24,000 nt of DNA from an archaeon. Its GTDB lineage: Archaea; Asgardarchaeota; Heimdallarchaeia; Heimdallarchaeales; Kariarchaeaceae. The notes beneath the pieces are model-generated. The model searched no databases. It was not told where the DNA came from and saw only the letters and a program-made list of their open reading frames with translations. The stretch lies in NCBI GenBank assembly GCA_024280435.1, contig JAJRQD010000018.1:3868-27867 (forward strand). The letters are read 5' to 3'. Position numbers and translations under genes: made by a program. Positions 21,182-24,000 of the stretch are shown here, piece after piece. Position 1 is the first letter of the stretch, and every line of letters begins with the position of its first letter.

Positions 21182-24000
21182 ATGTATTCAAAATCAATTA
21201 TTACTGAAAATTATGATCCAAACATAAACTATCAATTTAGCTTTATATGGGAAAATTATCATCCAGGTGAAACATTAATCAGCTTCATCTCTGAATATTT
21301 AATGCCAAAGGTGGAAAAAAAAGTATTGGAAATTTTAACCTATGAAAAATATTTGATTCTTTTACATTGGGATAATAAAATACAATTAGGATATATCGTG
21401 ATAATTTCTTTTGAAGTTGAAAAGTATCTTGATGATTGTATTAATTTTGCAAAATCCTTGTGGGATTTAATTTTAACCCCAATAGAATCATATAAAAAAA
21501 ATGAAAATAAAGAATATGATTATTCTAATTCCAGTATGAACTATATTTTTGAAATAGATTGGATAAAAAGATCTTTAATGGGAGGTAAAATAGAATTTAC
21601 CATCGAGAAAAATCGTGAAAAATTTGTATCTCAATTTTCTAATTTCTTATATGTATTTAGATGGTCAGTGTATTCATTAGACTATGCTAATTTTGAACAA
21701 AACAGAGTAATTTTCCATTTTCATAATCAATTGATTGATCAAAAATATTTCACATTTGAAGAATATTTTTTGAAGATAACTGATTTTTCTGATAAACAAT
21801 TTCAATCTTTGATTGATAAAATAATTATATTATCATTTCAATTCGAAACAAAGAAAAGAATGGAAACATTTCTAAATAATTTCCATGTCATAAACAAATT
21901 AGTAGATACAGAAATCACAAAGATTGATAGAATTAGAATAATTAAAAGTAATATAGAAATGATGATAGCTATTGATAAAAAATATATAGTTAATAATCTA
22001 ACCAATATAGTTTTAAGTTTGCCAGATCAGCAAAATAATGAGATATTTATTGATGAATTGTTAGCTATTTCAGATATTTTAGAAAAAATTGGAATTCAAG
22101 AAAATGAAGACATAATAAAATTAATTGATGGTACAATTCTTGACATAGTTATTAATAGCAATAACATTGATAAAAATGAATATATAATGAAATTGACACA
22201 CAAGTCTTTAAACTGGGGTTTAGATCATTTTATAGGTTATTTAAATTTAATAATTAATATTTTCAGCAAAGATAATATAAAGCTATTATTACAAATAGCA
22301 GGTGAATTTGAGAAAGAGCTTATAATTACAAATAAAGGTATTTCATGCCTAGTTCATATAAATGAAAATTGTGGTGAATTTTCAAAAGCAATTGAATTAA
22401 GATTATTAGCCATTAACCTCAATAAAGATGAAACATCAAAATTTTATGATACAATTAATAGTTTAATTGAAATAGCAAGCTACAAAGAAATTAGTTTGCA
22501 AATTTTTGAAAGTGAAATAATCAAATATTTTGGATATATTTTAACAAATTTTCCAGATAAAGAGATATTAGAAATATATTTTAATGAGTTGATCACTAAA
22601 TTTTTAGATAATAATCATACTGAAATTGTAATATCATTTATAAGATGGATACAAAATAATATTGAGAATATTGAAAATAACGAAAGGTTAAATTTATTTA
22701 AAATACTCAATTCAACAATACTAAAATATCCTGAACTCAATAAAATTCAATTAAAATTTCAATTATTATACTTCAATCAATATTTAGATCAGTATTCAAA
22801 AAGTGATGATCAGAATTTATTAGAAAGTGCAGATAGATTATTAAAAAATATATTTAACCAAGCCGATCCTTTAGACAGTAAATACAAAGAAACCCTAACT
22901 ATAATAACACAATCACTTGTGCTATCTGCTTCTAAATATCAAGAATGGGAATTAATTCAAGAAGCCATTCATCGTTTTAGTTTATTAATGAATGATAAAA
23001 AATACTTTCAAAAAGCAATTACTAAAATTTATATCAATGCTGGGAAGTCTAGAAATCAAATCAAAATAATAGACAAAGATAAAAAAGATATTGGATTAAA
23101 AATATTTGATGAAACTATCAGATTGATTTCTAACAATCCAAATCAAATTAATTTAGCATTTTCTTTTCTTCCTGTTGCAAAAGAATTAGCGTTAAAATCA
23201 AATGATTTCAATAGATTCATGATTTATTCAACATTAGAAATGAATTTAAATAAAATTAATGGAAAACAATGGATAGACAGTTTAATTGAAGCCATATTAA
23301 ACCTGATAAATAAAAATTCAATAGATTATGCTCGACAACTATTTGAAGCAGGATTAAAAATTGATATGAATGAAAAGGAAGAATATGAATTACTGAGTAG
23401 ACAACTAGAATTAGCTGAATTAGAATTAGATATCGTTAATGTAGAAGAGATATCAATAAAAAGAAAAAGATTAATTGAATTAGCCGTAAACAATGAAGGA
23501 ATTGCAACTGAAGATGAAATAATAAACTCATTCCGAAATGGAATATCTGAGATAATGTCAAAGGGTAATACTCATTACTTACACTCCTTTTTACTAAAAG
23601 CAATCAAATTTGGAGTTGATAATAAAATAAATGATCTTACAGATTTTTATAATGCCCTTAAAGATAGTTTTAATGCAGTAATGAGTGATTATAAGGACAA
23701 TCATGATGAAAGTTCCTATTCAGAAATAATATTTATTTTGAGGGAATTATATAATATTTATCAACATAATGATAAAAATATTATATTCGAATATGCAACT
23801 ATTGTACTCAAAACAAATAATTTATTGTATAATAAAGATATGAATTTATCTAATTTAATAAAAAATTTATTTATTATAAAAGAGTTTACCAATTATTTTA
23901 GCACTCCAGACAGTATAGTTGAAGATGTTAAATTGGAAGAGTACATAAATACTGTCAAAGATATGTTTAATTTAGTTTCCAAAGAAAAAAATGTCTCAAC
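21182..24000 (+). CDS. Large (more than 939 aa) alpha-helical repeat protein with an N-terminal alpha/beta domain; 3' end beyond the window; absent from the supplied ORF track
   Basis: I read the frame codon by codon from ATG 21182 to base 24000 and found no stop in 939 codons, in DNA where stops should occur every 10-20 codons by chance. The protein begins MYSKSIITENYDPNINYQFSFIWENYHPGETLISFISEYL... and is Asn/Lys/Ile/Leu/Glu-rich. After about residue 110 it is a long run of amphipathic helices. I recognise no P-loop, metal or catalytic motif. Confidence 0.8.
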   Translation, partial: MYSKSIITENYDPNINYQFSFIWENYHPGETLISFISEYLMPKVEKKVLEILTYEKYLILLHWDNKIQLGYIVIISFEVEKYLDDCINFAKSLWDLILTPIESYKKNENKEYDYSNSSMNYIFEIDWIKRSLMGGKIEFTIEKNREKFVSQFSNFLYVFRWSVYSLDYANFEQNRVIFHFHNQLIDQKYFTFEEYFLKITDFSDKQFQSLIDKIIILSFQFETKKRMETFLNNFHVINKLVDTEITKIDRIRIIKSNIEMMIAIDKKYIVNNLTNIVLSLPDQQNNEIFIDELLAISDILEKIGIQENEDIIKLIDGTILDIVINSNNIDKNEYIMKLTHKSLNWGLDHFIGYLNLIINIFSKDNIKLLLQIAGEFEKELIITNKGISCLVHINENCGEFSKAIELRLLAINLNKDETSKFYDTINSLIEIASYKEISLQIFESEIIKYFGYILTNFPDKEILEIYFNELITKFLDNNHTEIVISFIRWIQNNIENIENNERLNLFKILNSTILKYPELNKIQLKFQLLYFNQYLDQYSKSDDQNLLESADRLLKNIFNQADPLDSKYKETLTIITQSLVLSASKYQEWELIQEAIHRFSLLMNDKKYFQKAITKIYINAGKSRNQIKIIDKDKKDIGLKIFDETIRLISNNPNQINLAFSFLPVAKELALKSNDFNRFMIYSTLEMNLNKINGKQWIDSLIEAILNLINKNSIDYARQLFEAGLKIDMNEKEEYELLSRQLELAELELDIVNVEEISIKRKRLIELAVNNEGIATEDEIINSFRNGISEIMSKGNTHYLHSFLLKAIKFGVDNKINDLTDFYNALKDSFNAVMSDYKDNHDESSYSEIIFILRELYNIYQHNDKNIIFEYATIVLKTNNLLYNKDMNLSNLIKNLFIIKEFTNYFSTPDSIVEDVKLEEYINTVKDMFNLVSKEKNVS

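Noticed and set aside
1-24000. Search for CRISPR arrays, transposases, integrases, IS inverted repeats, prophage genes, rRNA genes and known defence systems
   Set aside because: I saw no regularly spaced direct repeats, no recognisable transposase/integrase/Cas or restriction-modification motifs, and no rRNA-like sequence on either strand.

Overview
AT-rich (roughly 30% GC by eye, not computed), gene-dense, intron-less window with archaeal housekeeping genes: PCNA, GINS51, ribosomal protein eS27, TFE, a NOP2/Sun m5C methyltransferase, a NIP7-like protein, TruA, and tRNA-Ile(GAU) without an encoded CCA. Mixed in with these are eukaryote-type membrane-trafficking genes. Bases 5405-8097 hold an ESCRT-I/ESCRT-II cluster: a Vps23/Tsg101-like protein (UEV, coiled coil, steadiness box), then Vps28 and Vps22/EAP30, with Vps25 convergent. 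There are also two Rab-like small GTPases (3640-4215, 14567-15100), a thioredoxin plus 2x V4R protein (V4R is the prokaryotic relative of the TRAPP Bet3 fold), and a coiled-coil protein with a proline-rich tail. This mix points to an Asgard (Loki-type) archaeon; that assignment is inference, since no search was run. Less-explained items: (i) an open frame of at least 939 codons (21182-24000) that the ORF track omits because it has no stop in the window; it encodes an alpha-helical solenoid whose N-terminal alpha/beta domain resembles the C-terminal domain of a nearby TPR protein (17320-19086), possibly a longin/roadblock-type pair; (ii) an unannotated minus-strand operon of four tiny membrane proteins (11398-12135), three sharing an H-x7-H motif; (iii) a kinase-like protein with a degenerate active site. 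I saw no CRISPR array, transposase, integrase or rRNA. All functional calls come from by-eye motif and family recognition and need HMM or structure confirmation.
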